From an uncultured Clostridia bacterium (GTDB lineage Bacteria > Bacillota > Clostridia > UMGS1810): a stretch of DNA of 64,000 bases. The number at the start of each line of letters is the position of its first letter. The first letter of the stretch is position 1. Made by a program: the position numbers and the translations under genes. This document shows positions 1-11,500 of the stretch, piece after piece. Location of the stretch: the NCBI GenBank assembly GCA_934500705.1, contig CAKSTI010000001.1, forward strand, positions 157,139-221,138, given 5' to 3'. The notes below the pieces were generated by a model. It was not told the DNA's origin and searched no databases. It was given only the letters and a program-made list of their open reading frames with translations.

Positions 1-2578
1 TCGCATAATATGCAGCTATTTTCTTTGCGCTCTGATGCAGTTTAAACAAGATGAGCGACAAATCTTTAAGCTCAGCTCTGCTCTCACTGTATCGGTCAAT
101 GAGTTCTGCTCCGAAGGCGTATACACTGTTGATTTTATCTTTCAGCTCGCTGTCTGACGGGCGTTTGTCCAACGTAAGCGCCGTTTCAAGCGCCGAAAGT
201 CCCGACAAGTCAAATTTTTCTCCAAACATCTGCCTTAGTCCCTCAAATGCCTCGTGCACCTGATATGCGGTTGCGCTTAAAGCATAACTGTCCGATATGT
301 CCGAAAGATAAACAGGTGTGTTTCCGACAGTTATTGTGCCGTCGTTTTCAATTTCGTTTCCGTTCAAATCCTCGGCCGCTGTGCCGTCCTCCAACGTATA
401 CTCATAGTCGTCTGCCGTTGACCAGACTATCGCAAAGGTTTTGTTGAGTTTTGTATAAACATAGGCAAACGAGTTTTCATTGATTGCAAATCTGCCTATA
501 TATTGTGCATTTGCGCAGTACTTTACGAGCTGTGCAACACTTACTGCCGCTTCCTTGGGCACGTAATCCATTTGCATAATTCCAAAATTGTGCTCGCTGT
601 ATGTATCATTCCAGCCGATGTCATCGAGGACGTATAAGTTGGTAAGGTCAATGTCAAGCTCGTCATTATAGATGTAGAGTTTTGGAATATACTTAGACTG
701 TGTTACATCGTCAACGCCGCCCTGCGCATTTTGCGTAGGATAACCTACTTCTGTCTGACTGACAGTAAGCCAGCCTCCCGCCTCCTCCCAGCGGTCCACA
801 AAATCAGATGCACGCTTTAAGTGCCTGATGTCGGGGTCGTTTGGGTAAGTGTACGGGTGGCAGGAAAATCCGTCAACATACATAAGTCCGCCACGGCGAA
901 AAAATGCGTCTATGAACTTTTCGCCGTTTTGCGATGCAACCGCACAGCCGATGATGTCCTTTTCGGGATAGAGTTTTTTCATCTCGTATGCCATTCTGTT
1001 TGCCATCTGCGAATACGTTATAGTGTGATTTGTGCCGCCCCAGAAAGTTGGCAGGTTCGGCTCATTCCATATTTCAAGCGAATTTACGTCCACTCCGAGC
1101 TGTTGGAGGAAATCTATTAACTCAATATTATAGCCTATTGTGTCTTTGACATTCTGATATGTACGTGGGTCTGCCGGGTAGTACAGTGTGTTGCCGTAAC
1201 CGAGAATATACGGCGTGTACGACTGATTGTACTTTTCCATAACAATATCCCAGTAGGAATGTCTTGAATAGTTACGGTTTCCGATGGGATTTTCGTTCCA
1301 CGACCACCTGTGGTTACCTCTCATTTTTGTAATACCGATTTTGCTCAATAAGTAGTTGTAATTCTCTGTAAAATTCTGCCTTGTCGTCTTTGTGTCGGAG
1401 GCAAAGTTCATACCGATTTTTGAGTATTCATCAAGAGGCTGACCGGTGTAGAAATCAAAAATCGTAATCGGTGCACCCGATACCGCAGCCACGCCGTCAC
1501 TGCCCGACACTCGGATAGCAAAGTACGGGTATTTGCCCTTTTTCTCACTGCTTAAATCAAGACGTAATATATTGTTTTGATACGGTACTGCCGTCAAAGT
1601 GAATTTTCTTGCATCGTCAAATGTGCCGTCCGGTGAATATTCAACCACGTATTCCTTTGTTTCCTTGCCGCTTATGTTGACTGTGACGTCTGCATAGGCA
1701 TCGGCGGTGTTTTGTATATATGTGGGCGAATTGGGAATGTTTACGGTAATATACTCCGAAGGCTGGGTTTTAATGCCGTATCCGAGTCTTTTAAGCTCAT
1801 AGTCAGAGTAATCCACAGCGCATTTGCGCATTGAGTCAAGACGGATATTTTTCCTTACGGCGGCAGATACGTTACCGCCCACTGCCGTAATGTTTAAACG
1901 GACTTCTTTAAAAAAATCTTTTTGCAGCCAGAACACCGGTCTTACGCCGAGCATGGAGGCTGACGAAACGGCAACGAGCTTGCCCTCGCTTGCAAATGTT
2001 CCGCCTGCGCTGATTACGGTGTCCGACGCATCTGTGGAGAGCGGACTTCTGAGGTACCAGTCCTTTTTTAATAAATCGTATTGCAAACCGAATTTGGGGT
2101 AATACTTCATAAACTCTGTGTAACTTAAAAGCGACACGCCGCATTTTGTTGAGTATTCCTTCGGGCAGTTTCCGTTTTTGCTGCCGCTTTCGGTCTGCCA
2201 ACTTCTGTTTTTGTCGATATACTTTTTAATTTCTTCCGGCAAATACTCGCCGCTTTCCAAAAATTCGTTATTAAGGAAATATGCTATGTTGTTTTCGTCG
2301 GCAACATCAAATTTTTGCGTCCCGTCCGAGTCAAATTCTCTCAGAAGGTATATCTCGTTTGCCATAACAAGATAGCCGTCTTTGTCACTGTCAAGCAACA
2401 CAAATTCACGGTTCGGGCTTTTTTGTGTTTTAAACATATTATCTGCCGGGGTGTACTTGTTATAGCCTTCTATCTGACCCGTCGGGAGCGAAATATCCGA
2501 ACGGGCGGACGATATAATCGGCGTACATATAACTGCCGAAAGAACAGCGGCAATAATCAGGTTGCTTTTAAATTTCAT
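1..2578 (-). CDS. Secreted glycoside hydrolase, clan GH-A (GH5/GH39-like TIM barrel), 3' end cut by window start
   Basis: ATG at 2578 preceded by GGGAGGG RBS. N-terminal signal peptide MKFKSNLIIAAVLSAVICTP. Minus-strand translation gives QLGVDVNSLEIWNEPN (acid/base NEP motif, ~1055-1102) and a TEVGYP nucleophile-like motif further downstream. N-terminal part carries the shared module LPEEIKKYIDKNRSWQTESG...LLSYTEFMKY (translated 2101-2239). Not in the ORF track because it runs off the window. Confidence 0.6.
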   Translation of the reverse strand, partial: MKFKSNLIIAAVLSAVICTPIISSARSDISLPTGQIEGYNKYTPADNMFKTQKSPNREFVLLDSDKDGYLVMANEIYLLREFDSDGTQKFDVADENNIAYFLNNEFLESGEYLPEEIKKYIDKNRSWQTESGSKNGNCPKEYSTKCGVSLLSYTEFMKYYPKFGLQYDLLKKDWYLRSPLSTDASDTVISAGGTFASEGKLVAVSSASMLGVRPVFWLQKDFFKEVRLNITAVGGNVSAAVRKNIRLDSMRKCAVDYSDYELKRLGYGIKTQPSEYITVNIPNSPTYIQNTADAYADVTVNISGKETKEYVVEYSPDGTFDDARKFTLTAVPYQNNILRLDLSSEKKGKYPYFAIRVSGSDGVAAVSGAPITIFDFYTGQPLDEYSKIGMNFASDTKTTRQNFTENYNYLLSKIGITKMRGNHRWSWNENPIGNRNYSRHSYWDIVMEKYNQSYTPYILGYGNTLYYPADPRTYQNVKDTIGYNIELIDFLQQLGVDVNSLEIWNEPNLPTFWGGTNHTITYSQMANRMAYEMKKLYPEKDIIGCAVASQNGEKFIDAFFRRGGLMYVDGFSCHPYTYPNDPDIRHLKRASDFVDRWEEAGGWLTVSQTEVGYPTQNAQGGVDDVTQSKYIPKLYIYNDELDIDLTNLYVLDDIGWNDTYSEHNFGIMQMDYVPKEAAVSVAQLVKYCANAQYIGRFAINENSFAYVYTKLNKTFAIVWSTADDYEYTLEDGTAAEDLNGNEIENDGTITVGNTPVYLSDISDSYALSATAYQVHEAFEGLRQMFGEKFDLSGLSALETALTLDKRPSDSELKDKINSVYAFGAELIDRYSESRAELKDLSLILFKLHQSAKKIAAYYA

Positions 2579-2592
2579 ATTCTACCCTCCCG

Positions 2593-5220
2593 TTATTTGT
2601 ATATCAGCATATACATAGGCGTGCCCGCCTTGACGTAGAGCCACACGTCGCTCTCCGTACCGTTGTCAAGGTATGACGACACCGAGTTTTCGTTTAAGTA
2701 CTTAACCTTTTCGCTGCGCCTGTCGGCATTTGTGTCTACCTCAATTATTGTAAGGTTTTTTGTTTTAAAAGACAGCATATCCGAACGGGTTATACCTGTC
2801 GGGTTCTGCCCTGTTTTTGCAAAGCAGACAGTGCCGTTTTTGTTGGAGTAGACATAACCTCTGTAAAGACCGAACGTTGCGTACCATTTGCCGTTGAATG
2901 TAACACGGCTGTCCACAGAGAATTCCGTCACACTTCCGTCACTGTTTGCCTTTTCACGGTCGATGACTATGGCTATGTTATTTATTTCGTTTCGTCTGTT
3001 TAATGAATACACAATCATATCACCGATTTCCACATTTTGCGCAATGTCCTTGTCTGCGGTGATATATGTTTTGTTTTTGACATTTTTGGAGCACAGCGTA
3101 AGCGAATACACCGTGTCGCCGTCATCATTTGTGGAAAACCGTTTATCGGCGACTATTGCCGCCTCACGGTTTAACGTGAGTTTATCACCTGAGGTATTCA
3201 CGTTTACTACAAATTCGGCAATGTTGCTCGAATTATTCTGCGTGTATGCGCAAACGTTGTATGTGTCAAAAATAGCAAAAGATGTAGGCGATAAAACCGA
3301 AAAATACTTTTCGTCAGCAGACACGGCATTGCTTGGAATGCTCAGCATTACGGTATTTTCGTCTATGCAGAAACTGCCGGAATACGCCGTTGTGTTTTCA
3401 TCCGCAAAAACGTAATTTCCGCCGCCGGGGTAAAACATTTTTGTTCCCTCACCGCATATTGTTACAAGCGGACTTCCGTAGGCGTCCGGAGTATAAATTG
3501 TGCTGACGTCGCCGTACTCGTCACAGCCGTAAACTATTGCCGTCGGCTTTATAAGTTCTTGGGGAACTGCGGTAAGATTTGCCGCTTTGCTGCCGTTTAT
3601 AAACAGTTTTGCGGCGCTTTTTAGCGTCTTAACCTGCCCGTCTTTGTCATAGAGCATAAAACTCAGTTCGCCTTTAATTCCGCTTGCTGTATAAACGGAC
3701 ACAAGGTATGCATACTTTGTGTCGGAATACCCGGTAACATCTGCATAAATCAACTTTCCGCAAATATCCGTATATCCGAAAATTTTCTGCCCAAGGCTGT
3801 CTGTATTTACGGAATAATTGCAGTTTTCGGAAACCTCAATTTCTCTTGCCCCCACAACAATGAATGTTTTGCCGCCCCTCTCGGACGTTTCCTCTATAAA
3901 TCCGTCTATGACTTCATCGGACACGTACCACACGGCAACATCTCCGTCCTTTGAGGTGAACATACTGACTGCCGATTTTAACGGAATTTCCGAAGCGGAT
4001 ATTTCCTTATTTTCGCCGTCATACACTGTCAGGTGCTCAATTTTACCGTAATTGATAACTTCTTTTCCGAGCAAGTCGGTAACGCTCTCGCCATCTGAGT
4101 CTATTGCGGTTATAAATGCATTTTTGTACTCATAAATCTTTGCAACATTGTACGTGGTTGTACCTTCATTTGAAATAAACTCCACTCTGCCGTCGGAAAT
4201 ATCAAATGTATCCATATCGTAGTCCGCAAGACAAACGCCGTTGTATATTACCGATATACCTTTTGAAACGGCAATTTGCCTCTCACGTCCGCCGTCATAA
4301 TACTTTATTGTTCTGTCAGAAAGCGATGCGATGTCATCTGCCTGTAATGTAAGCGTGGTGTTTCCGTCCGCATAAGCGTATACAATTTCGTCGTCGCCGT
4401 GCAGATAGTACACAACATTCATTCCGATAAGGCTGTCAAAATTTGCCGTCGCATCATACGCTTTTCCATCTATTCTCAGTTGGTTTTTCCTCAAAGATGT
4501 GCCTGCACCGTAAAGACCGGTAAGCGAATTTCCGTCAACCACACCCTCGCACTTTAATATGTCAAAGGCTTTGCTGAGCCACGTTTCGTTTTTCCTCGCT
4601 TTGTACTTGACGGATTTTGTTCCTATTGAGTCAACATCTAATACTTCGGTGTTAAGCGCATCTAAAATCAGCTTTACCGTCTCACCCATCGTGAGAGCGT
4701 TTGCATCGGCAAATGCAATGTCATCAAGTCCGAGGCCTGCCGCCACAGTGAGATAGCCTGTGGGGTATCCGCCGTTTGCCTGTGCCTTTGCGCCGTAACC
4801 GAGAGCGGATATAATTATTTTAACAGCTTCACTGTATGATACGCTGTCGTTCGGCATAAAACTGCCGTCCGCACGTCCGTTTATAAATCCTGCCTCATAT
4901 GCGCCCCTGACCGCCCAAAGATATTCAGCGCCGTCCGGTATGTCGGCAAATTTTACGTCTGACGCAAATTCTGTATGCTTTCCGCCGCAATACAAGTGCA
5001 TTACAAGAGCAATGAAGTCTGCACGTGTCATTTTAGAATTTTCGGATATTGCAAAGTCCAGTCCGTCCAGAACACCGATACCGGTAAGCGTATCAACTGC
5101 ACTGCTGTAATCACGGTCAGCGGAGGTTTCGTAAGTTGCTTTTGCAAATGCCGTCGTTACCGTAATCGCAAGCACAACGAGCAGTGCAAATATTCTAAAC
5201 AGCGTTTTGAAGTTTTTCAT
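2593..5220 (-). CDS. S-layer-homology (SLH) domain cell-surface protein, 875 aa, unknown C-terminal region
   Basis: Signal peptide MKNFKTLFRIFALLVVLAITVTTAFA. N-terminal SLH repeats (FADIPDGAEYLWAVRGAYEAGFINGRADGSFMPND..SYSEAVKII). 14 nt from the next gene, so co-transcribed. Confidence 0.7.
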   Translation of the reverse strand: MKNFKTLFRIFALLVVLAITVTTAFAKATYETSADRDYSSAVDTLTGIGVLDGLDFAISENSKMTRADFIALVMHLYCGGKHTEFASDVKFADIPDGAEYLWAVRGAYEAGFINGRADGSFMPNDSVSYSEAVKIIISALGYGAKAQANGGYPTGYLTVAAGLGLDDIAFADANALTMGETVKLILDALNTEVLDVDSIGTKSVKYKARKNETWLSKAFDILKCEGVVDGNSLTGLYGAGTSLRKNQLRIDGKAYDATANFDSLIGMNVVYYLHGDDEIVYAYADGNTTLTLQADDIASLSDRTIKYYDGGRERQIAVSKGISVIYNGVCLADYDMDTFDISDGRVEFISNEGTTTYNVAKIYEYKNAFITAIDSDGESVTDLLGKEVINYGKIEHLTVYDGENKEISASEIPLKSAVSMFTSKDGDVAVWYVSDEVIDGFIEETSERGGKTFIVVGAREIEVSENCNYSVNTDSLGQKIFGYTDICGKLIYADVTGYSDTKYAYLVSVYTASGIKGELSFMLYDKDGQVKTLKSAAKLFINGSKAANLTAVPQELIKPTAIVYGCDEYGDVSTIYTPDAYGSPLVTICGEGTKMFYPGGGNYVFADENTTAYSGSFCIDENTVMLSIPSNAVSADEKYFSVLSPTSFAIFDTYNVCAYTQNNSSNIAEFVVNVNTSGDKLTLNREAAIVADKRFSTNDDGDTVYSLTLCSKNVKNKTYITADKDIAQNVEIGDMIVYSLNRRNEINNIAIVIDREKANSDGSVTEFSVDSRVTFNGKWYATFGLYRGYVYSNKNGTVCFAKTGQNPTGITRSDMLSFKTKNLTIIEVDTNADRRSEKVKYLNENSVSSYLDNGTESDVWLYVKAGTPMYMLIYK

Positions 5221-5244
5221 AAATTATCTCCTCTCACAGTGAAA

Positions 5245-8200
5245 TCAATATCTTGCATCAAGCATAGCACAGATAATCTTTGCCGCCTGCGAACGTGTGG
5301 CAAATTCATTGGGACGGAAGGTGGAGTCGCCAAAACCGTTTATTATGCCACGGCGTGCCAGAGAATGTACTGCGTCCTTTGCATATGCCGATATGTCGCC
5401 TTCGTCGGCAAACGTCTGATTGTTGCCCTCGGCGGAAAGTCCCTTGACTTTGCTTATTATAACAGCCATATCCTCTCTTGTGATGCAATCTTCGGGGCTG
5501 AACTTGCCATTGCCTGTTCCGCCTATAATTCCGCCGCTCGCCGCCGCACTTATACACTCATAGCTCCAACGTGTTTTGTCCACGTCGTTAAATGTTACCT
5601 CATAACTGCCGACAGGTATCTTGAATGCCTCAACGACAAGTTTTACAAATTCCTCTCTTGTGATGTTTTCATCAGGCTTAAAGCGGTTATTTCCGTCACC
5701 GCTTATTATTTTTCTTTTCTTTAAAGCGTAGATATATCCGTATGCCCAGTGGTCATCGGCAACATCTGCAAATTCATCGTTCGACGCATTGTCCGGAACA
5801 TACCCCGTTGAAACCGTGGCAGAGGACACTGTTTTACCGCTCTTTGAACCACCTGCGGAAGAACCCCCTCCGCCACCGCCGCTTGACGTGACAGCAGAAA
5901 TTGCCGCCGCAACAGCGTTTTCAAGCTCTGTCATATTTTTTAATCCGTTATTGTGTTCAAATATATACAACGAAGCTTTTGCAGTGTCGGAATTTTTGTA
6001 ATTATCCAAGCTGAACGGCAGCGCATTTTCATACTCTGTAAGTACAGCGTGCAGTTTGCCGTAGCTCTGCGCATTATTTATCTTGTTTAAAACCACACTT
6101 TCTTCGAATAGTTTGATAGCACTGTCAAACGATGTAACTTCTCTGCCAAAAAACATTTCAAACACATTGTACTTCTGCGTGTCGGCAAGTTTGTCATAAT
6201 CCGCATACAACGGACTTTTGGCAAAATTAAATCTGTCGGAATAATAATCCGCACATTCCGCCACATCTTTTCCGTCCTTTAAGTGCGTTATCATATACAG
6301 CGCACTCTCATCAGACAAATCGGCATAGAACTTTGTGATGTTATCCTTGCCGTAGCTGTTTCCGAGCAGTCTTTTTCCTATGTATTCAAGGTCATTTTGC
6401 GCCATTGCAAGTACATATTTATCGGAGATTTCAAGCTCTTTCAGATTTGACAAAATAGTTTTGGCAAATTCTGCTGCGTCTGCTATCGGCGAAAGTTTTT
6501 CAAGTATTTCTGCTTTGTTCTCGGCAGAACTGTAATAGAAGTCCAGGCTAACCGGCTCTTTTAAGTTTCTGCCGTAAATATTTACGGAGTACTCTCCTGC
6601 CTTGGCATTTGCCGGCATATTAAAGAAGTGTTTAAGTACACCGTCTGTGACTTTTTCCGCATCACGGCAAAGGATTTTTCCACTCTCTTTTTCGCTGACT
6701 GTTATATGCAAAATATCGTTGCACACATCGTCATTTTTACCGCCGATAATGTATATTTCTCTCTGCGAATTGGCAGTAAGTGTGTACGGTGCCGTTTTGT
6801 CAACCGTTACATCGGGTTTTGCATTTTCGTTTTTCAGTGAAAGAAGCGACGGTGTGTTTGTATCTGAATTTATAACATATGTCTTTGCATATGCGTTTTC
6901 GCACGTGTCGGTTATTTCAAGTTTGCAATCTCCGTCAACTGTCACACTATTTTCACATACGTTTACAAGTTTGTAATCGGAATAAACCGCAAGAACACAC
7001 TTCGCCTCTCTGCCGTTCATATTGGCAAATGTATAGTCTGCGCTTGCCGTTCCGTCACCGCTTAGGATAAAACTGTTTAGTGTAACTGCAAAGTCGCTGT
7101 CATTTATAATCTGCGACGGTTCGGATTTACACTCTAAACCTCTGTTAGACTTTGCATCATACGGGGTAACGGTAAAGAATATCGAATAACCGCAATCCTC
7201 GCTTGTTGTAACATAAGTGCTCTTGTCTGCACCGTCTATTAGAATTTCGTTTCCGCTCCCGTCTGTCCTGTACCACTTGAACACACTGTCACCCTCCGCT
7301 ACGTCTGCCGTGTGGGTATAGGTGTATCGTGCACTGAGCGTTGATCCGACGCCCGATGCACCTGCAACATATGCGTCTGAGCAAACAGGATATGCTGTGT
7401 CTATGCCGATAGACGCAAGTTCGTCCTCGGTATAACCCATTTCGATAAGCTCCGGTACACTGTATTTGCTCAAAAGCATATTTCTTACATTGCCCCCTGC
7501 TTTTGAAAGTTTAACCTCGGAAAATATATCGTTGCTTACATAAAACACCGGGCGAACGTTAAAATATGTTGAATACGTGTTTCCGTATGTCAGCTTACCC
7601 GATACGGCTATACATTCGAGCATACACTTTGCCGAGGCAGCCGGAGTTCTTAAAAGAAGGCCGTGCGGGCAGTCGGCATATCCGATTCTGTCTGCATATT
7701 TGAAATATTCGTTTGCGCTGATTGGTGCCGCAAGAGCCTCTGTCACCGTGTCGTTTTGCATATTTGAGGTGGATTTGTCCATAAGAGCATATCCTGCCTC
7801 GGTTTCCCACTGCGTTGAAATCAAATATTCCTGCATATCCGCCGGGAGTACATATTTATTGAGGAATGATGACTGATTTACCTTATACATAAGGCTTTTT
7901 TCATCGTTTATGTCAAATATCTGGTGCGGTTGCGATGCCCCGTCCGCATAAAAGGCAATATATCCGGCATCAGGCCCCAGGAGCAATGTTTTTTCGCCGT
8001 CGTTTTCGAGCATAATAAGCTCTGCCGAGCTTGACGTGCCGTTTGTAAAGGCGAGTTTGTTGTCGTCGGGGCTTTTTGCACACGCACCCGGAGCAATACC
8101 GTTCCAACCTATGGGGTGAGCAAGATTTGCACCGCAAAAGAGCGGTTCGGTCGTATAACTGCCGCCATCTGTGTTTACGGTTGCACGAATAAAATTATTC

Positions 8201-8475
8201 GCCATACTGTTTTCAATCACGTATACATCATCTGAGGTGTCGTCACCCTCTGCGGGAACATATGTTCCGTCCGATGAGGAGCAGTATTCAAACACTGTTG
8301 ACTGCACATTCTCACCGTCTGCACCAAAGAGCTGTGCAGTGAGCGTATATCCGGACTTTAACGTACCGTTTGCATTTGAAGTGAGCACAGCGTATGCGCC
8401 GTCGGCAAAGGTGGTTGTAGGTATGCAAACCGCCAGCATTGTAAGGCACAAAAACGCACTTAAATATTTTTTCAT
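5245..8475 (-). CDS. Large SLH-anchored surface protein, 1076 aa, with three C-terminal SLH repeats and the shared N-terminal WETE module
   Basis: Signal peptide MKKYLSAFLCLTMLAVCIPTTTFA. C-terminus has three SLH repeats (FADVADDHWAYGYIYALKK..., FNDVDKTRWSYECISAAA..., FADEGDISAYAKDAVHSLARRGII...). Gly-rich linker SSGGGGGGSSAGGS. Module LPADMQEYLISTQWETEAGY...YADRIGYADCPHGLLLRTP. Confidence 0.7.
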   Translation of the reverse strand: MKKYLSAFLCLTMLAVCIPTTTFADGAYAVLTSNANGTLKSGYTLTAQLFGADGENVQSTVFEYCSSSDGTYVPAEGDDTSDDVYVIENSMANNFIRATVNTDGGSYTTEPLFCGANLAHPIGWNGIAPGACAKSPDDNKLAFTNGTSSSAELIMLENDGEKTLLLGPDAGYIAFYADGASQPHQIFDINDEKSLMYKVNQSSFLNKYVLPADMQEYLISTQWETEAGYALMDKSTSNMQNDTVTEALAAPISANEYFKYADRIGYADCPHGLLLRTPAASAKCMLECIAVSGKLTYGNTYSTYFNVRPVFYVSNDIFSEVKLSKAGGNVRNMLLSKYSVPELIEMGYTEDELASIGIDTAYPVCSDAYVAGASGVGSTLSARYTYTHTADVAEGDSVFKWYRTDGSGNEILIDGADKSTYVTTSEDCGYSIFFTVTPYDAKSNRGLECKSEPSQIINDSDFAVTLNSFILSGDGTASADYTFANMNGREAKCVLAVYSDYKLVNVCENSVTVDGDCKLEITDTCENAYAKTYVINSDTNTPSLLSLKNENAKPDVTVDKTAPYTLTANSQREIYIIGGKNDDVCNDILHITVSEKESGKILCRDAEKVTDGVLKHFFNMPANAKAGEYSVNIYGRNLKEPVSLDFYYSSAENKAEILEKLSPIADAAEFAKTILSNLKELEISDKYVLAMAQNDLEYIGKRLLGNSYGKDNITKFYADLSDESALYMITHLKDGKDVAECADYYSDRFNFAKSPLYADYDKLADTQKYNVFEMFFGREVTSFDSAIKLFEESVVLNKINNAQSYGKLHAVLTEYENALPFSLDNYKNSDTAKASLYIFEHNNGLKNMTELENAVAAAISAVTSSGGGGGGSSAGGSKSGKTVSSATVSTGYVPDNASNDEFADVADDHWAYGYIYALKKRKIISGDGNNRFKPDENITREEFVKLVVEAFKIPVGSYEVTFNDVDKTRWSYECISAAASGGIIGGTGNGKFSPEDCITREDMAVIISKVKGLSAEGNNQTFADEGDISAYAKDAVHSLARRGIINGFGDSTFRPNEFATRSQAAKIICAMLDARY

Positions 8476-8495
8476 AACATATCCTTTCCTGCAAT

Positions 8496-8521
8496 ATCCC
8501 GTATAGGCAGTGAGGGTTTAC
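8496..8521. other. Near-perfect 11 bp stem hairpin (GGCAGTGAGGG-TTTA-CCCCCACTGCC) between two surface-protein genes
   Basis: Inverted repeat read directly. No flanking U-tract, so it may be a processing or stability element rather than a strong terminator. Confidence 0.35.
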
Positions 8522-8546
8522 CCCCACTGCCCAACTGAATTAACTT

Positions 8547-11500
8547 TTACTTTGATATAATATCAATAAGTTTGTTCTTAATCTGGTCGTGACCCGATGC
8601 CGAAGGGTGAATATTCTCTGTTGAACTGAAATTAATGTCCCAACCGGTAGTATCTATAAATTCAACTTTATCACCATAAGTGCCGGCTTCTTTGCCTATT
8701 TCATCAAACGTCTGACTTCTGTAATATGCGTTGTTTTGGCTTGCATTGTCGCCGGCAACAAGTGACTGCTTGCGCAAAGGCTTAATTACATAAATCTTGG
8801 CATTCGGATATTTTTCGGCAATAAACTCTATAAAGTTTTTGTACTCTCTCTTGAATTCTTCTCTTTTGTCGTACTCAACTCCGTCTACGGTTGCTTTGTA
8901 AATATCGTTGGTGCCGATGTTTACAAATATCATATCATAATTTTCCGACTTTGAAAAGTCGTATGCGTCTTCTCCTTTGTCAAGTGACTGCATCTGCTTG
9001 AATTTGGTACCCATACCGAGTGCGCCCTCTTTAACCGTACCGGAATAGTTACCGTTAAGGAAGGCTATTCCCGAACGGGAGATTGTGGTAAAGTCATATC
9101 CCAGCTCTGTCGGCAGAAGGTAAGAATAACCTTTTGTCGCCGATGTTATTGAGTCGCCTATAAACATCACGTTAATGTCATTTGCGGGAGCGTCAAGTTT
9201 TTTTGCACTTGCGTCAACTGTTATGCCCGAAAATGTGAGCTGTGTTGTTTCCGCCTCGTTTAAAATTCTCACCTTATTTACACCGCTTGCAAGCACTGAC
9301 GAAAGGTCAACCGATGTACCGGTGTATCCGGAGCCTCTGTATACCTCTCTGCCGTTTATAAACACTTTAAAAGTCTTTTGCGTTGTGTCACTTCCGAAGT
9401 TTACGGTAAGCGCCGATGCCTTAACGGCAAAGTCAACATACGGTCTTGTCCAGTTAGATAGCATATATGTGCCCTTATCCTCCCAGCGTCCTTTGTAGGA
9501 AAACATACCGTCGGAATACGGAACTTCTCCGGAAATTGCCGTTGCCGTTGCAATGTCACCGTATGCAACATCTGCAAGAACCGGTGCGAGCGGAACCATA
9601 GTGTTTGTGTCGTTCCACAGGTATATGCGAACCTTGTCGGTGTCCTTAATGCCTGACGGAACCGCAGCGGAAAGTATTTCGTTTGTTTCGCCGTTTGCAA
9701 GTGCTATTGTTGCAGGTGCGGCAGATTTTAATGTGTCGCCGTCATATATTGCAACTACTGCAAAAGCATTTGCCGTACTGTTACTCACGGTGTTTAATTC
9801 GGCATATATTTTTGCGCCGTCTGTGTGCAGGTTAGATAACGTTGCGTCAACGCCGTCACCGTAACCGAGCCTTACAAGCTCATTATCGGTGTAGCCGAGC
9901 GCCTTTGCCTCGGATTCCGTCAAAATGCCGGGGAGATTGATTGCCCTTAGGGCTTTTACTCCGCTCTTTTTGGCATCTATCTTTAAAGTTTTAAACGCAT
10001 TGTTGTTAATGTAAAATTCTACTCTGTTGTGGTAGAAAGTTGAAGTCGAATTTACGATTGCGGCTGACGGAGTACCTGCTTTGCTTACCAAGAGTATCTC
10101 AAAGTTACCGCTTGCATTGTAATTCGTGTACGGTGTGCGCAGTTTTATGCCGTTACCGCCCTCATTATATCCGATTTTGTTTGCATATTTGCACAGTTCT
10201 GTCATACTCGGAAGTGCAAGTTTTGCCTCGGTTACGGTGTCGTTTGCCATAGAGTCGGTGTAGCCGTATTCTGTTTCCCACATATTGTTTTCTATGTAGT
10301 TATGATACTTTTCGGGCAAGATGTTTGCCGTCAAAAATTCAGCCTGATTTATAACGTATGCAATGCTGTTCGGGTCGGTAACATCGTAAATCTGCTTTAC
10401 ATCGCTGCTGTTATAAATGGGTTCGGTGTCAAGTCTGTCGCTGAAAAGGAGTGTTTTGCCATTTTCGCTTTCGAGGAGTGTATATGCGTAGCTGTTATAG
10501 CCGTCCTCGTCAAAGTAAAATCTATCGCCGGCGTCGGCATACGCTTTTATGCCGTCCGGTGCTTTTCCCCAACCAATCGGGTGCGTAAGATTGGCGCCAA
10601 CCTGAACACTGTTTGAAACATACAGTGTGCCGTCAGCCATCTCAGCAACCGCACAAATGTATTTTCCGGCGCAGGCATTCGTTATGGTGTATGTTTTTCC
10701 CTCGTCCAAAGATGCCCAGGTTTCTCCGTCACCGGATACAAGGTATTCAACCTTTGCGGCACTTTCAACAATATTGTCACTCGCTGTTACATCAGCTGCG
10801 GTAAGCGTATAGCCGGATTTAACCTTGCCGTTTGAGGTAATCTTAATTTTACCGCTGATTGCCGACGAAATATCCTTGCTCACAAAACTGTTCCACTCGT
10901 CGTCTGTATATACTCCGTTGCCATTGCCGGCAGCCACGATTGCCTTTATAACTTCGCTTCCGGCGTTTTTAACTTTTATGTTTTTAAAGAAATCCTCCGT
11001 AATATAGAAACAGGGACGGAGCAAAAAGAGAGTCGATACTCCAACCGATTTAAACTGCGGATTGGTACCGGTAGTTGTGTTATATCCCACCAAAGTTTCG
11101 TAGTCGTCACGTGTTGGGTGCGGGGTACGCAAAAGCCATTGTGTATAAGCTGTGCTGTCATCACGTGAGCAATAATAACCTATCCTATCCTGATATGCTA
11201 TATATTCGTTATATGAAAGCAATGAATACTTTGAAGATACCGCAGTTCCCGCCGTCACATTTCCGCCTTTTTCAAGTACATAGCTGTGTTGCGAAACGTA
11301 CGTTTGCATATCGGACGGAACGTAGTTACCTATATTTTCGTCAGCATTTATAAAACCGGCAGCCGTTTTTGTGTTTTCAGGCTCCCAGGCATATTTACCC
11401 GTGGAACTGACCGGTTTTGCGGCATATCCGGTATTTTTAACAATGAAATACTCTTTTTTCCCGGTTTCGGTATTGTTGTACTCATCAACAAGTATATATT

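Noticed and set aside
4975-5724. 249 aa plus-strand ORF and many other 60-265 aa plus-strand ORFs inside the large minus-strand genes (e.g. 25789..26436, 28427..28972, 41524..42736, 50908..51705)
   Set aside because: They are antisense to genes with signal peptides and strong domain motifs, lack RBSs and have skewed composition. The long ones in 41-43 kb are a side effect of the AT-rich regulator genes.
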